From: Escherichia coli 042
GTDB lineage: Bacteria; Pseudomonadota; Gammaproteobacteria; Enterobacterales; Enterobacteriaceae
DNA length: 64,000 bases
NCBI RefSeq assembly: GCF_000027125.1
Contig: NC_017626.1
Direction: 5' to 3' (one strand)
Part shown: positions 10,041 through 22,470 of the stretch, in pieces
Layout: every line of letters starts with the position of its first letter
How positions within the stretch are numbered: position 1 is the stretch's first letter
Program-made: the position numbers and the translations under genes
The notes under the pieces: model-generated
Database searches by the model: none
Seen by the model: the letters and a program-made list of their open reading frames with translations, nothing else
What the model was told of the DNA's origin: nothing

Positions 10041-10964
10041 TTATATAAAACAGTAAAAGTGAATCAGCTTAACAAATGCATCTTTCATTTGTTTTTGCTG
10101 CTGCTCGCTTCCATTCTGGTTGCGGACTTCACCATAGTGACACAACTGTTCTTCTGCCAGGATATGCCGGTTAAAAGCCTGCATGATGCCAGACACCTCC
10201 GTTTTCAGCTCACTGACCGTCATGTATTTTCCCCGCTGTTCATCCGGACGGTTCAGGCGCTCAGCCAACAGCTGTAAGCGGGTCATGCCTTCGTTCCAGC
10301 CAGTCATCGCCTCTTCCGGGAGCGCACGACTCCTTGCACTCTTCTGCCAGTTATCCACCATTTCCTGAACACGAGGATTGTCGGGGAAAAGTACCATCAG
10401 TTGCTGCAGCAATTGCACACTGCGTTGCAGGTTGTATGCCGGGGGGAATTCTGTCAGTCGCGTTATCTGCTGACCGGAAAGGGTTATCCACTCTGACGCA
10501 TGATTTAACAGTGTTCTGCTGAGCTGCATCATCTGGTCTGCTGAAAGCACATCCGGTGAGGGTGTCAGCAGCGCCCTGAGTTGCTGCTCCGCCGGTGATG
10601 GCTGTGTCAGAAACTGCCATCCCGGAATGGCCACGCAGACCGCCAGCAATGCCGTACAGACACCTGTAACAAACGTTTTCAGAAACGTGAGCGGGGATTT
10701 TTGAAGGAAGAGTGTGGGCTCTGTTTTTGTTTCAGAAACAACATACACCAGACGGGAGTGCGGCAGGGTCTGATGTTCCTGCACATCCGGAGCTTCAAGC
10801 CTGAGTGCCTGCGCCAGTAGCGTTACCGGAGACGATACTTCCCCCTGCACAGGCTGGTTCTCCAGGCGGGTGATATATCCCTTCACCATGGCTTCCGGTA
10901 AAGCCACTTTACTGCTCTGTTTAAGTTCGTGCCAAGCCTGCGTATTTTCATGGAAGGAGATCAC
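10041..10964 (-). CDS. Hypothetical membrane protein; possible C-terminal portion of a VasL-like (ImpA_N + TM) protein
   Basis: 307-aa ORF with one predicted TM segment (TFVTGVCTALLAVCVAIPGW); track start is GTG; overlaps the upstream ImpA_N-like ORF in another frame. Confidence 0.4.
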   Translation of the reverse strand: MISFHENTQAWHELKQSSKVALPEAMVKGYITRLENQPVQGEVSSPVTLLAQALRLEAPDVQEHQTLPHSRLVYVVSETKTEPTLFLQKSPLTFLKTFVTGVCTALLAVCVAIPGWQFLTQPSPAEQQLRALLTPSPDVLSADQMMQLSRTLLNHASEWITLSGQQITRLTEFPPAYNLQRSVQLLQQLMVLFPDNPRVQEMVDNWQKSARSRALPEEAMTGWNEGMTRLQLLAERLNRPDEQRGKYMTVSELKTEVSGIMQAFNRHILAEEQLCHYGEVRNQNGSEQQQKQMKDAFVKLIHFYCFI

Positions 10965-11388
10965 TCAGTGTCTTCAGGAATGTTTCGGTCTGATACAGCA
11001 GGGGCAGGTTGTCACGGTTATCCGGAGGCATGGCCCGGAGCGTTTTTTGCAGACGGTTGAACAGACCGGTAATAATTTCCAGCCGGGAGTGTGTATTCAG
11101 CGGCCACATCACTGACCAGTGATGCCGGGTCAGCGCAGCAATCAGAGCCAGCCCTTCATTCAGACCACTTAACCCTGTTGTATGCATCCGGGCAATGGTG
11201 TACCAGGATGCCGTCTGTAATTCCACGCCATTGTGTTCATACAGACGCAGGCAGAGCGTTTCCACGTAACGCCAGTCCACATCAGGGCGTGCCGGGTGGG
11301 TCAGTTTGCTGATTTCATCGCGCAGGGCAGCATAATCCGGTAATGACCGGGGGTCACCACCGGTTTTCAGTTTCACTTCAGAAGTCAT
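10948..11388 (-). CDS. ImpA_N-like domain protein (TssA/VasL N-terminal domain family); possibly the N-terminal portion of a frameshifted gene
   Basis: 146-aa ORF; pattern DYAALRDEI...DVDWRYVETLCLRL...GLSGLNEGLALIAAL resembles the ImpA N-terminal domain as recalled. Confidence 0.4.
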   Translation of the reverse strand: MTSEVKLKTGGDPRSLPDYAALRDEISKLTHPARPDVDWRYVETLCLRLYEHNGVELQTASWYTIARMHTTGLSGLNEGLALIAALTRHHWSVMWPLNTHSRLEIITGLFNRLQKTLRAMPPDNRDNLPLLYQTETFLKTLSDLLP

Positions 11389-11781
11389 CGGCAGATTCAG
11401 TGTTTAGGTATTAAACCATTGTTAATTATAGGGAGAGAGTCAGTGCGATACCGTTACCCAGGAAAGGTATTCCACTGCGCAGATGATTGCCGGTGTCACA
11501 TCCCACCGCCGTTTCAGAACCGGTAACAGCTCATTAAGGTTTCTGATATAACGCTCAGTGAAAACCGGACTGATTACAGGTAATGGTGATATGACAGGTA
11601 TCGTTGCCAATATACACGGCTTCCAGAGGTATGAATCTTACATTCCAGTACCAGGAGTACGGCGAGTGGTTCAGATGAAAAAGACGCATCTGAATATCGT
11701 TAAATAACGGGTTCATGGCGAATTAAATAAACCTGATAATAACAGTATGGGGAAAGTCCGGAATAAAGAAATGGTCCGGTA

Positions 11782-13569
<1,788 letters not shown>

Positions 13570-13627
13570 AAACGCACCTTAATCTGCGAACAAAAAAAAG
13601 AATCATCACCGACACCCACGACGTTAT

Positions 13628-14021
<394 letters not shown>

Positions 14022-14888
14022 TCAGCCCTCTCGTTCCTGCAACATAATTTTCCAGTCAAACGAAAAACCTTTTATTCATGTCATACCAACAATCACCAGC
14101 CTCCTGACGATACCTCCCACCATGTTTTGCGATGGCACGCTACCGCCCTTCCGGTATTTACCCGCATCAACTGGTACCAGAATGCTGAGCAATAAATCTG
14201 CCAATTTTTAGCTGACTTATTTTTGATCATTATAGAATAATGATCTGAACTACAGCAATATGACAGATTTATCGATCGATATAACACAAATGAACAGTTC
14301 TTTATTCTGTCATATATCGCAAAAACAGCACATTGCAAAATTTATAACCATAATTAATGGAAAAGTGCAGAAAATTATTCCACTGAATGCTCAGTTGGTT
14401 AGCTAAAAAAATAGCAATTTTTGATTTCAGTCATTGAAAATTGCAATGCATGACGATTCAACAGCATTTAAGTGAGTTTCAGGATATGGGAAGGACATGA
14501 AAGGAGGAGCGCAATAAAATATACAGGAAGAAGGGGAAAATGTTTCGTAAAAACAGAAAATTAACAGCGCACATCAGGAAACGCAGTCTCCTGATTCAGT
14601 GCTACCACATGAAAATTTAGTTAACTGTTACCGTACTAAAATTTATGTCAGAAGATGTTCCATTACCGAAAGTCAATCAGCGATACAAAGACGATCATGG
14701 TGCGCTTGTCACCGTGACCAGTGTTGAGGAAACCCGGGTGGTGTTTATGCGGGACGGCTATCCGCATCCCTGCATGCGACCGATGTACAACTTTCTGGGA
14801 AAATTCAAACCCGCCCCCCGGGAAGAAACAGAATAAAACGAAATCCCTGCCGGCAATCACACTGCCTGATGGCAGCATAATCCACTTA

Positions 14889-15197
14889 TTAATTCTCATC
14901 TCCGGAGACAAGCCCTGAAAACCACTCAGGGTGTTCACTGTATGCCGTGTTCAGCGCATCCCAGGAAACGTTTATATAAAAGCTGTCCTGCAATTTCCGG
15001 GTAACCACCTCTGCCAGGCGGTTCCGGTTATCCGCCAGTCCGGCATAACCTCTCTCTGTCAGCCACTCATTCAGTTCATGTTTCAGAGACAGATTAATAA
15101 TATCATAATCGGACCTTGCCATTCCCGTTTCCTTAGCACATATTTTCAGGCACGGGGATAAAGTATAAAGAATGTCGTACTGCTGCTGCCAGAGCAA
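14889..15197 (-). CDS. Hypothetical small protein
   Basis: 102-aa ORF; likely true start at internal Met (MARSDYDIINL...). Confidence 0.3.
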   Translation of the reverse strand: MLWQQQYDILYTLSPCLKICAKETGMARSDYDIINLSLKHELNEWLTERGYAGLADNRNRLAEVVTRKLQDSFYINVSWDALNTAYSEHPEWFSGLVSGDEN

Positions 15198-15217
15198 TAT
15201 TCCCCCTGATGGTTGTA

Positions 15218-15877
15218 TCAGAGATGGTATGCCGGTACTTTGCGGGTTGTTCCTGTCAGGTTATCGTGCACCTCCACGGTCGTGGTCACCACCGGCATTC
15301 CGGCCTTTCTCAGCCTCAGAACATCAGCCGCAATACGCTGACTGCCAAACCAGAACAGGCCGTCCAGTGCAGTCACCAGTAAACCCGCCTCCAGTGCATA
15401 CTTCAGCCGTTCACGGGGCGCTTTCACTTCCCGGGCAACCTGCTGATATGGCAATGATGTGTTTTCATTCCCAACCACGCGACGAATACGGTGAGACAGA
15501 TGATACCGGAATGTATCCGGCACACCAGAAAGGCTGGCCTTCAGGCTGTACACGCAACCAAACCGTTTATCGTTAAACACCACATTTTTCTGGCTGATGC
15601 CCCATTCTTCACGCAGCGCGGCAATCAGTTGTGGTGTCCGGGTAAGCAGCAAGCGAAAAGGCAGTTCAAAACTGGTGACGTAATCCACATTCAGCAGTGC
15701 AATACGCAGCCGTTCTTCTGGCCCGGCCTCTGTCTGCCGGCACTCCTCCAGAACATCCTGCCACTGCTGGCGAAGACGGGAAGACTCATTCAGCTCAGTA
15801 AAACTGTATTTATCCGCCAGATAGTCAATTCGTGTACGCATACTGAAGAGCATTCCGTATAAAGATTCAGCTGGCAA
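15218..15877 (-). CDS. Hypothetical protein, co-directional with the YfjJ-like gene next to the microcin island
   Basis: 219-aa ORF; no family recognised by eye. Confidence 0.4.
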   Translation of the reverse strand: MPAESLYGMLFSMRTRIDYLADKYSFTELNESSRLRQQWQDVLEECRQTEAGPEERLRIALLNVDYVTSFELPFRLLLTRTPQLIAALREEWGISQKNVVFNDKRFGCVYSLKASLSGVPDTFRYHLSHRIRRVVGNENTSLPYQQVAREVKAPRERLKYALEAGLLVTALDGLFWFGSQRIAADVLRLRKAGMPVVTTTVEVHDNLTGTTRKVPAYHL

Positions 15878-16108
15878 AACTTTATCAGTCCATAAAAATC
15901 AACGGAAGCGCAGATGGTTCACACGTCCATTACCAACTGATTGTTGTCACAACCGGTAACACAAAGGACTGAACGACTGTTTTTAACAGCGGTGTTGCGT
16001 CATCCACCACCGTGAAACAACGCTGTGCAGGGAATCGTCCGCATCCCCATAACGGTCAAACATCGTGGCGTTGACAGAATGACCGACGAAAAGCCAGAAA
16101 GCGCTGAT

Positions 16109-16657
16109 TCACTGAGCTGTAATCAATGTACAGCGCTGTACCGGACGATGGGTAATGGCGGTCACAACCGGTAACCCCAGAGACAATGCGACTGTTTTTA
16201 ACGCAACATACTGACCGGATGTATCACCCCGGGCAACCCGAAAACACCTTTCCACCCGGCATTGTCCGCCAGCACTTATCACCTGCCAGCTATGTTGCAG
16301 TAAATCCACCACTTGCGAACATTGTTCATCAACTGTGACACTGGCTCGCGGGTGACAAATACTCGTCTGGCTGAGCAGCAACAGGCATCGAATTGTTGCT
16401 CCTTCATGTTGTTCCCGCAACCAGCGTAATACCACCGGAGAGGATGGACTGGCAGTGTGATTACGCTCAGTAATACGTTCATGCAGTTGTCGATAAAAGG
16501 AAGTACAGAATGCCTGAATCTGTTGCCCGTTGATGTTTCCTTCAGCCGAATGGAGCGTGAAGTGGACTGCCAGCAGACGCGGCCAGTGGTCCACCGCCTG
16601 CTGAACAAAACGCCGGATGTCTCCCGGCTCTGAAATTAAGGCTTCGGTTATTTGCAC
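16109..16657 (-). CDS. YagK/YfjJ-family (inovirus Gp2-like) protein
   Basis: 182-aa ORF with GTG start lying inside the left island repeat; core (VVLRWLREQHEGATIRCLLLLSQ) parallels the other YfjJ-like ORFs in the window. Confidence 0.45.
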   Translation of the reverse strand: MQITEALISEPGDIRRFVQQAVDHWPRLLAVHFTLHSAEGNINGQQIQAFCTSFYRQLHERITERNHTASPSSPVVLRWLREQHEGATIRCLLLLSQTSICHPRASVTVDEQCSQVVDLLQHSWQVISAGGQCRVERCFRVARGDTSGQYVALKTVALSLGLPVVTAITHRPVQRCTLITAQ

Positions 16658-16730
16658 GAAATGTTCCTTTTCAAACCCTGTTGAATTTTGTTAAGCCAGT
16701 GCAGACACAGTAAAGCGCGCATCAACACCT
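16641..16730. repeat. Left copy of ~90-bp imperfect direct repeat flanking the microcin island
   Basis: Aligns to 29420..29512 at ~80% identity with a 1-nt indel; 29-bp core ttgaattttgttaagcc(a/g)gtgcagacaca differs only at the a/g position. Confidence 0.7.
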
Positions 16731-17087
16731 GAAATGATGGTTTTATTCAGAGTATATGACTTTCTTTTACCCGCTCAAGATACGTTCCCTAGCGATATCA
16801 TCAGAAGTTTATGTGTTGTGTATCCATCCATATTAATCTGGTTCCAGTTTTCGGTATATGTCATGAGGAAACATTACAAATATATTCTGGAGCGGAGAAA
16901 GGAAATTGAAACCGTTTCAGAAAGGTTGATACGTGAGGCTGATACGAGAGAATATGAACTATGGCGTCCTGCCCGTCGTTTTTTCTCCATTCTTTTTATT
17001 GTTCTATTAGTTTATATTCATTCACTGATAACAACTATAAAATAAAAATTATGGCTGTTCTGATACCGGAGAAGAAACGTTCATTCT

Positions 17088-17807
17088 ATGGTTACCTCTT
17101 CCTGTTATATAAAAATTTTAAATAACAAGCAAGGGAATATAAATGGAAATAACAAAAAATGCAACATAAAAACAGTCATCAGCGGCTGCTTTTTAATGTT
17201 TACTTTATCATTTTCTATTACCTTTATTCCTGCATTCCTTACAAACAGGCAGGAACTTATATCCAGGGGACTTCTTGTTCCAGCATTATTTCTTGCTGAA
17301 TTTCTAATTCTTGTTCCACTGTATTTTATTTTCTTCCGAAAAAGAGAAGGATTAGGAAGAGGTTCTTTTCGACCGGATGTTTTTTACTCTTTTCTCTTTA
17401 ATAATGATTATTCAGTTATTTGTCCCTTATCTGCTGGCAGTGAGGAAAACGGAAGAATGGATGATCTCGCAAATGTCTTTTTCTGAGGCCATTTTATGTT
17501 TCTTCTGTACTTCTATGTTCCTGTATATGAAGAGATTGTATTTCGAGGGTGTTTTTTTAATTCTTTATAATTCTGGTTTAATGACAATATTTACATCTCT
17601 GCCATTGTAACATCAGTCATATTCTCTGCATTGCATCTACAATATACTGACTTTCGTACATTTTTTATGCTCTTTTTAGTATCGTTAGTTCTTATTAGCG
17701 CACAAATAAAGTCGAATGGTCTGTTAATGCCCATATTACTTCACATGGCGATGAATGCAGTCATAGCAGGAATACAATATCTAGCTTATATCAGTTATTC
17801 CCATTAA
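17088..17807 (+). pseudogene. Degenerate CPBP (CAAX protease / Abi) family intramembrane protease-like gene, disrupted by frameshifts
   Basis: Frame ending at 17807 encodes a typical CPBP C-terminus (FSALHLQ ... NGLLMPILLHMAMNAV); upstream hydrophobic segments lie in two other overlapping frames (17088..17486, 17377..17610). Confidence 0.45.
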
Positions 17808-18002
17808 CAGAGCATTTTCTGTTACAATCTCATATGATAAAAATTAAACGGACTAGCATTGTTACTATGCGGTATGCATAAAATGATAAACGTTCGGAGG
17901 AGCCTAACTTAAACCATTACATAGGCATCATTAACAATATAAGGTTTAATTTCCACTCCCCGCAGACGAAGAAGCACTTGATGTACATCTGCCGGATCCA
18001 AA

Positions 18003-18224
18003 CTAGGATGATAATCCTATACCTGAGGGAGACATGGAGGGACTAACCGTCGCAGTCGTTGCCCATGAATGTACTTTATCACCTATATAAGCCCCTGCAA
18101 TAGAACCAAATCCCGGGCTAATAAACGTACCTGCAAGTGAACCAATAGCAATTAATTCTGCCTGCCCGTCATTCCCGTCACCTCCAGATATTTGTTTTAT
18201 TTCATTTTCAGATAGTTTTCTCAT
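18003..18224 (-). CDS. mcmA: Microcin M precursor (double-glycine leader, Ser-rich C-terminus)
   Basis: 73-aa product from internal ATG: MRKLSENEIKQISGG leader then DGNDGQAELIAIGSLAGTF...SPSGIGLSS, matching microcin M as recalled. The 133-aa track ORF is an upstream extension. Confidence 0.8.
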   Translation of the reverse strand: MRKLSENEIKQISGGDGNDGQAELIAIGSLAGTFISPGFGSIAGAYIGDKVHSWATTATVSPSMSPSGIGLSS

Positions 18225-18294
18225 TTCAACACCTTCGCTATAAAATTTGTGAAGAAGTAAAAATTCACGTTTAACCACAACGATAAAAATGTAA

Positions 18295-18441
18295 CTACAA
18301 GTGATAAAAAAACATATATAGATTAAAAAAATTATATCTATAGTAATAACTAAGATATAATGACACCGGAATATAAAAGAACAGATAATTGATAACAAAA
18401 GCAATCACTGTTATTTTTATATCCTTCTTAACCTCCCCCAT
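18295..18441 (-). CDS. Candidate small hydrophobic immunity protein (McmI-like), below the ORF-track size cutoff
   Basis: Hand translation: ATG 8 nt after aaggag gives a 48-aa ORF (MGEVKKDIKITVIAFVINYLFFYIPVSLYLSYYYRYNFFNLYMFFYHL) between the mchF stop and the mcmA start. Confidence 0.4.
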   Translation of the reverse strand: MGEVKKDIKITVIAFVINYLFFYIPVSLYLSYYYRYNFFNLYMFFYHL

Positions 18442-18476
18442 CGACAAAACTCCTTACAAAGTTACACCAGTGGATT

Positions 18477-20591
18477 TTAAATAGAAATAATCCTGTCAAC
18501 AGTTCTCAACGTAGTTTCTCTGTGTGCAATAATCACCCGGGTGATATTCATTTTTTTTATGGCAGCATTCACGAAACGTTCACTTTCTGTATCAAGAGAA
18601 CTTGTAGCCTCATCCATAAATAATATTCCAGGTTTCCGGTATAAAGCTCGGGCAATGAATATACGCTGTTTTTGACCGCCGGAAAGACCTTCCCCCAGTT
18701 CACCTATTAACGTTTCATACCCCATTGGCATTTTCATTATCACATCATGAATATGACTTGCTCTGGCACATTCTGTCATCCATTCGTCGTCTGTTTCTTC
18801 TGCAAACCCACAGATATTTTCACGAATTGATCCTGAAAATAGCCGGTCGTCCTGCATAACACAGGCTATCATACGGTGATAATTATTTATTCCAAGTTGA
18901 CGTATATCCGTGCCATTAACCAGTACTTTTCCACTATCTGGTTCAAACAGTCCACATAATACTTTCATTAATGTGGTTTTTCCGGCACCGGAGGCACCAG
19001 TTATAGCCACACTTTCTCCCGGAGCCACAGACAAATTCAGACCACTGAATACCTGTGCTGACTGGCTGTCATACCGGTAGCTTAAATCAGTGGTTTCCAG
19101 TGAAACCGGGCTCATGTCAGCAACGATTTCAATTTCCGGTTTCTTTTCTTCCTTTTCATGTAGTGCAATATCTGCAATGCGCTCATTATGCAGACTCATT
19201 ATTCTCAGTTGAAGAAGAAAACTGGTCAGCGAAGCAACCCGATCCGAAAACTGCCCACGAAAAGAACCAAATGCCACAAACATCCCTATTGTCATCTGAT
19301 TATCGATCACAAGGCTTGCACCCAGCCATAAAATCGCCACCTGATCACAGGCGGCAACAAAAGTATTTATCCCCCCGAAGAGCAAATCCATCTTGGTTAA
19401 CTTAATACCTGAATTGATCGCATCTATTTTCAGGTTAAGCCAGTGTGTTCCCCGGATCCCAGCCATACCTTGGATTTTTACCGTGGCAATACCATACAGG
19501 CTTTCCATAAAATAGGAGCTGGCCCGGGCCCCCCTGACAAGAGTTTCTTCCGATATTTGCCGGTAATAGCCGTATGTCACCAGACGAATAAGAACGTAAA
19601 CCATGGTAAAACCGAGCACTATCCAGGTAAGATATCCTCCATATAACAGCATCATCACAAAAACACCCACAACCATAATACTGTCCATGATTGCCCCAAC
19701 CACACAGGTGGTAAAGGTGGCCCTCAAAGTGTCAAGGGAGCCAAAACGCGACTGGATATCACCTAATTTACGGCGTTCAAAAAACGCCAGCGGCAGTCTG
19801 AGAAGATGGTTAAACAGACCCGACTGCCACTGTATATTGATGAGCGTGCTCATAACCAGTGAGGACCATGCACGCAGCATACTCACCGCGGCCCTGAGCA
19901 ATATAAAGAACATCAGGCCAGCAGAAATAAGCGTCAGCAGCCCTCTGTCCCCCGCCGGAATCGCATGATCCATAACCAGCTGAGTCCCCACCGGCATTAC
20001 CAGATTGATTGCTTCAATTACAACTGACAGACAGAAAATTTTCGCCAGTGTTCTTTTAATACCGTAAATACTGTTAATCAGTGAACGGAGACTTATGCGG
20101 ATCTGCTGGGTTTCCGCCAGGAATTCACTTCCAGGCCAGACCTCAAGTGCAATGCCCGTAAAATACCGGCTCATTTCCTCCCGACCGAGATATCTTCTGC
20201 CTCTGGCCGGATCATGCAGTACATAACGGTTACGCTTTACGCTGACCAGCACGACAAAGTGACTGAAATCCCAGTGGAGAATACACGGCATTTTGAGGGC
20301 ACCAAGTTCATCCAGCTCCAGTGAAAGAGCCCGGGTGACCATCCCCAGCTGCTCCGCTATTCCATTGATTCCTGCAAGGTTTGCTCCACGGGCCGAGAGA
20401 TTAAACTTCCGGCGAAGAGATATCAGGTCAATATTCTTACCAAAATGACCGCATATCATTGCCAGGCAGGCCAGTCCACATTCAGCGGTCTCCGTCTGAT
20501 GAATAACCGGAACACGACGTCGCCAGCGCATATCAAGCTGATTTATAATTTGTCTGAAACTCCCGTTAGTCATTGAGCGGTCCTGTTGCAC
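18477..20591 (-). CDS. mchF: Microcin ABC exporter with N-terminal C39 peptidase domain (CvaB-like)
   Basis: 704-aa ORF; C39 motif around [18 protein letters not shown], six-TM region, C-terminal ABC ATPase ([17 protein letters not shown]). Confidence 0.9.
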   Translation of the reverse strand: MQQDRSMTNGSFRQIINQLDMRWRRRVPVIHQTETAECGLACLAMICGHFGKNIDLISLRRKFNLSARGANLAGINGIAEQLGMVTRALSLELDELGALKMPCILHWDFSHFVVLVSVKRNRYVLHDPARGRRYLGREEMSRYFTGIALEVWPGSEFLAETQQIRISLRSLINSIYGIKRTLAKIFCLSVVIEAINLVMPVGTQLVMDHAIPAGDRGLLTLISAGLMFFILLRAAVSMLRAWSSLVMSTLINIQWQSGLFNHLLRLPLAFFERRKLGDIQSRFGSLDTLRATFTTCVVGAIMDSIMVVGVFVMMLLYGGYLTWIVLGFTMVYVLIRLVTYGYYRQISEETLVRGARASSYFMESLYGIATVKIQGMAGIRGTHWLNLKIDAINSGIKLTKMDLLFGGINTFVAACDQVAILWLGASLVIDNQMTIGMFVAFGSFRGQFSDRVASLTSFLLQLRIMSLHNERIADIALHEKEEKKPEIEIVADMSPVSLETTDLSYRYDSQSAQVFSGLNLSVAPGESVAITGASGAGKTTLMKVLCGLFEPDSGKVLVNGTDIRQLGINNYHRMIACVMQDDRLFSGSIRENICGFAEETDDEWMTECARASHIHDVIMKMPMGYETLIGELGEGLSGGQKQRIFIARALYRKPGILFMDEATSSLDTESERFVNAAIKKMNITRVIIAHRETTLRTVDRIISI

Positions 20592-21840
20592 TGTGTTTCA
20601 TGTCATAGAAAGGAGAAAGCATCCACTGGTAAATACGCCTTTTTTCCAGAAATAGTGTACTTTCGGCTTTCATTCCATTTTCCAGAGGGAGGTATTTTTC
20701 GTCATATCTGATAATCTGCTTTTCAGGCATCGCAATGACTTTATACCAGGGAACAGAGGCGCCCGGCGTATTCTGTGGTGCACCCTTATAGGTCAACATT
20801 TCCTGTGTTGACGCAGGAGTCCTGGATATAGTTTTAACCGTAGCAGAGAACTGCCCAAATTTTTCTGCCGGAAAGGCTTCATAACGAATATTCACTTTGT
20901 CACCAGCCGAAATATAAGGAACAGCATCATTTGGGACCCAGAGAATAAGATAATAGTTTTCAATGTTCTCAGGAATAACCTGCAGAAGGCTGTCTCCGGT
21001 ATTGACCATTTGCCCGACAGTGACACTCAGGGAGTCAACTTTCCCGTCAGTCAACGCCCGGATAATAATTTCGCCCTCCACATCAGTGTTAACCAGTTCT
21101 TTCTGTAACTCGTACCGTTGCAGTTCCATCTGGTAGATACGGTTATCAAAATCTGCAGCCTGAGTCTGAATCTGACTCTCCAGAGTGGTTATCTGCAGGG
21201 CATTCTGTTCGTTCTGTCCGCTCAGGCTGAGAAGATTGTTTTGTTGCTGATAATATAATGCCACCTGGTTAGTTAACTGATCTTTATTAATCAGCCCTTT
21301 TGCCTGATAGTTTCTGTAATTCTCCATATTGTTTTTCATTATTTTTATCCCTTCCTCTGCACGCTGTATAATATCTGATGAGCGACGAAACGCATCTGTG
21401 TATTGCAGACGTTGTTTTTCCAGGGTATCTAACGTTATTTTTTTACTTTCTTCCAGACGGGAAATAATGTTGTCCACACGAACCAGCTGATTTTCTATAT
21501 CCCGCCGATGATTATCAGTGACAATACCACTACGTGTACTTTTACTGATGTCAATCAGATAAACAGGATCCCCTTTTTTTATCAACTGCCCTTCATGAAC
21601 AAATTGCCTGACAACAAATCCCTGTACACCTGAATATATATTGACAGCTCTTGGCCAGGTTGTGACCTCACCACTGACATTAACACGGCGGCTATAGGTA
21701 CCAACAATAATGAACATCAGAAATGCCGTAATAAACACAATGCTTCCCAGCATGATTAACCATAGTGGTATTCCGGGAAGTAATATTGCCCGTCCCTGCC
21801 ACTTCATTTTTCTGTTTTCTAAAGCATCCTGACGAAACAA
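20566..21840 (-). CDS. mchE: HlyD/CvaA-family membrane fusion protein for microcin export
   Basis: 424-aa ORF with N-terminal TM and coiled-coil-rich periplasmic region; overlaps mchF start. Confidence 0.85.
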   Translation of the reverse strand: MFRQDALENRKMKWQGRAILLPGIPLWLIMLGSIVFITAFLMFIIVGTYSRRVNVSGEVTTWPRAVNIYSGVQGFVVRQFVHEGQLIKKGDPVYLIDISKSTRSGIVTDNHRRDIENQLVRVDNIISRLEESKKITLDTLEKQRLQYTDAFRRSSDIIQRAEEGIKIMKNNMENYRNYQAKGLINKDQLTNQVALYYQQQNNLLSLSGQNEQNALQITTLESQIQTQAADFDNRIYQMELQRYELQKELVNTDVEGEIIIRALTDGKVDSLSVTVGQMVNTGDSLLQVIPENIENYYLILWVPNDAVPYISAGDKVNIRYEAFPAEKFGQFSATVKTISRTPASTQEMLTYKGAPQNTPGASVPWYKVIAMPEKQIIRYDEKYLPLENGMKAESTLFLEKRRIYQWMLSPFYDMKHSATGPLND

Positions 21841-21992
21841 AATAGCTCCTCTTACTCACACTTTTCCTGTAATACCTTCACTGATTAACCGAAACGCTAT
21901 AATCAAAGCCAGAAAATACAGAGTCCTGTCAAAATAGTATCAGCGATGCATTTACCCCGTAATTTACAATTATCTCTGTATCTTCAGAGGTA

Positions 21993-22445
21993 CTACGTTT
22001 TATGCAGCCGCTCAGGGATGTATGTCACAATTTTCTTTCGCCTGCTTAACCATCGTACTTCTCCTTCCCCCCATGGCTGAAGCTGTATGAGATAGTCAAT
22101 AACTTTTCGACCAAAGCCTGGTTTACAACAGAAATCCAGGATCCAGATCCTTCCATCTTCATTCCATTCAGACGGATGCAACCTGAATTCTGGATCCCTG
22201 AGCAGGCGCGCTTCCGTATCAGCCTCAAGATATGCCCAGGTTATATACGCCAGTGGAAAACCTCGTGAATCAAACAGGAATTTAATCTGATTATGCTGTA
22301 TCGCATATTCAGTCCAGTATTGAATGGTTAACACCGGATACAGACTGTAATTACGATTGTAGAGCATACAACTGACCGCAAAACCTATCTGTTCATAAAC
22401 AGTCCATTCATCTTTTCCTCTGATGGTTTCCCTTATATAAGACAT
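21993..22445 (-). CDS. mchD: HlyC-like acyltransferase-family protein (microcin maturation, MchD/MceI-like)
   Basis: 150-aa ORF at the position and size expected for mchD in the mchCDEF operon. Confidence 0.65.
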   Translation of the reverse strand: MSYIRETIRGKDEWTVYEQIGFAVSCMLYNRNYSLYPVLTIQYWTEYAIQHNQIKFLFDSRGFPLAYITWAYLEADTEARLLRDPEFRLHPSEWNEDGRIWILDFCCKPGFGRKVIDYLIQLQPWGEGEVRWLSRRKKIVTYIPERLHKT

Positions 22446-22470
22446 GATTACTATTTCCCTTATATATTTA

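Noticed and set aside
14645-14836. 63-aa plus-strand ORF (MSEDVPLPKVNQRYKDDHG...)
   Set aside because: It could be a genuine small prophage-type protein, but there is no convincing RBS and it overlaps a minus-strand ORF; too weak to call.
16734-17045. 103-aa hydrophobic plus-strand ORF just inside the left island repeat
   Set aside because: It may be a real small membrane protein or part of the decayed CPBP-like gene, but it lies in a highly AT-rich stretch with no clear RBS or motifs, so it was not called.
18003-18404. 133-aa track ORF on the minus strand
   Set aside because: Only the last 73 codons (from the internal ATG) correspond to the microcin M precursor; the N-terminal 60 codons are an AT-rich read-through extension and overlap the separately called 48-aa candidate immunity ORF in another frame.
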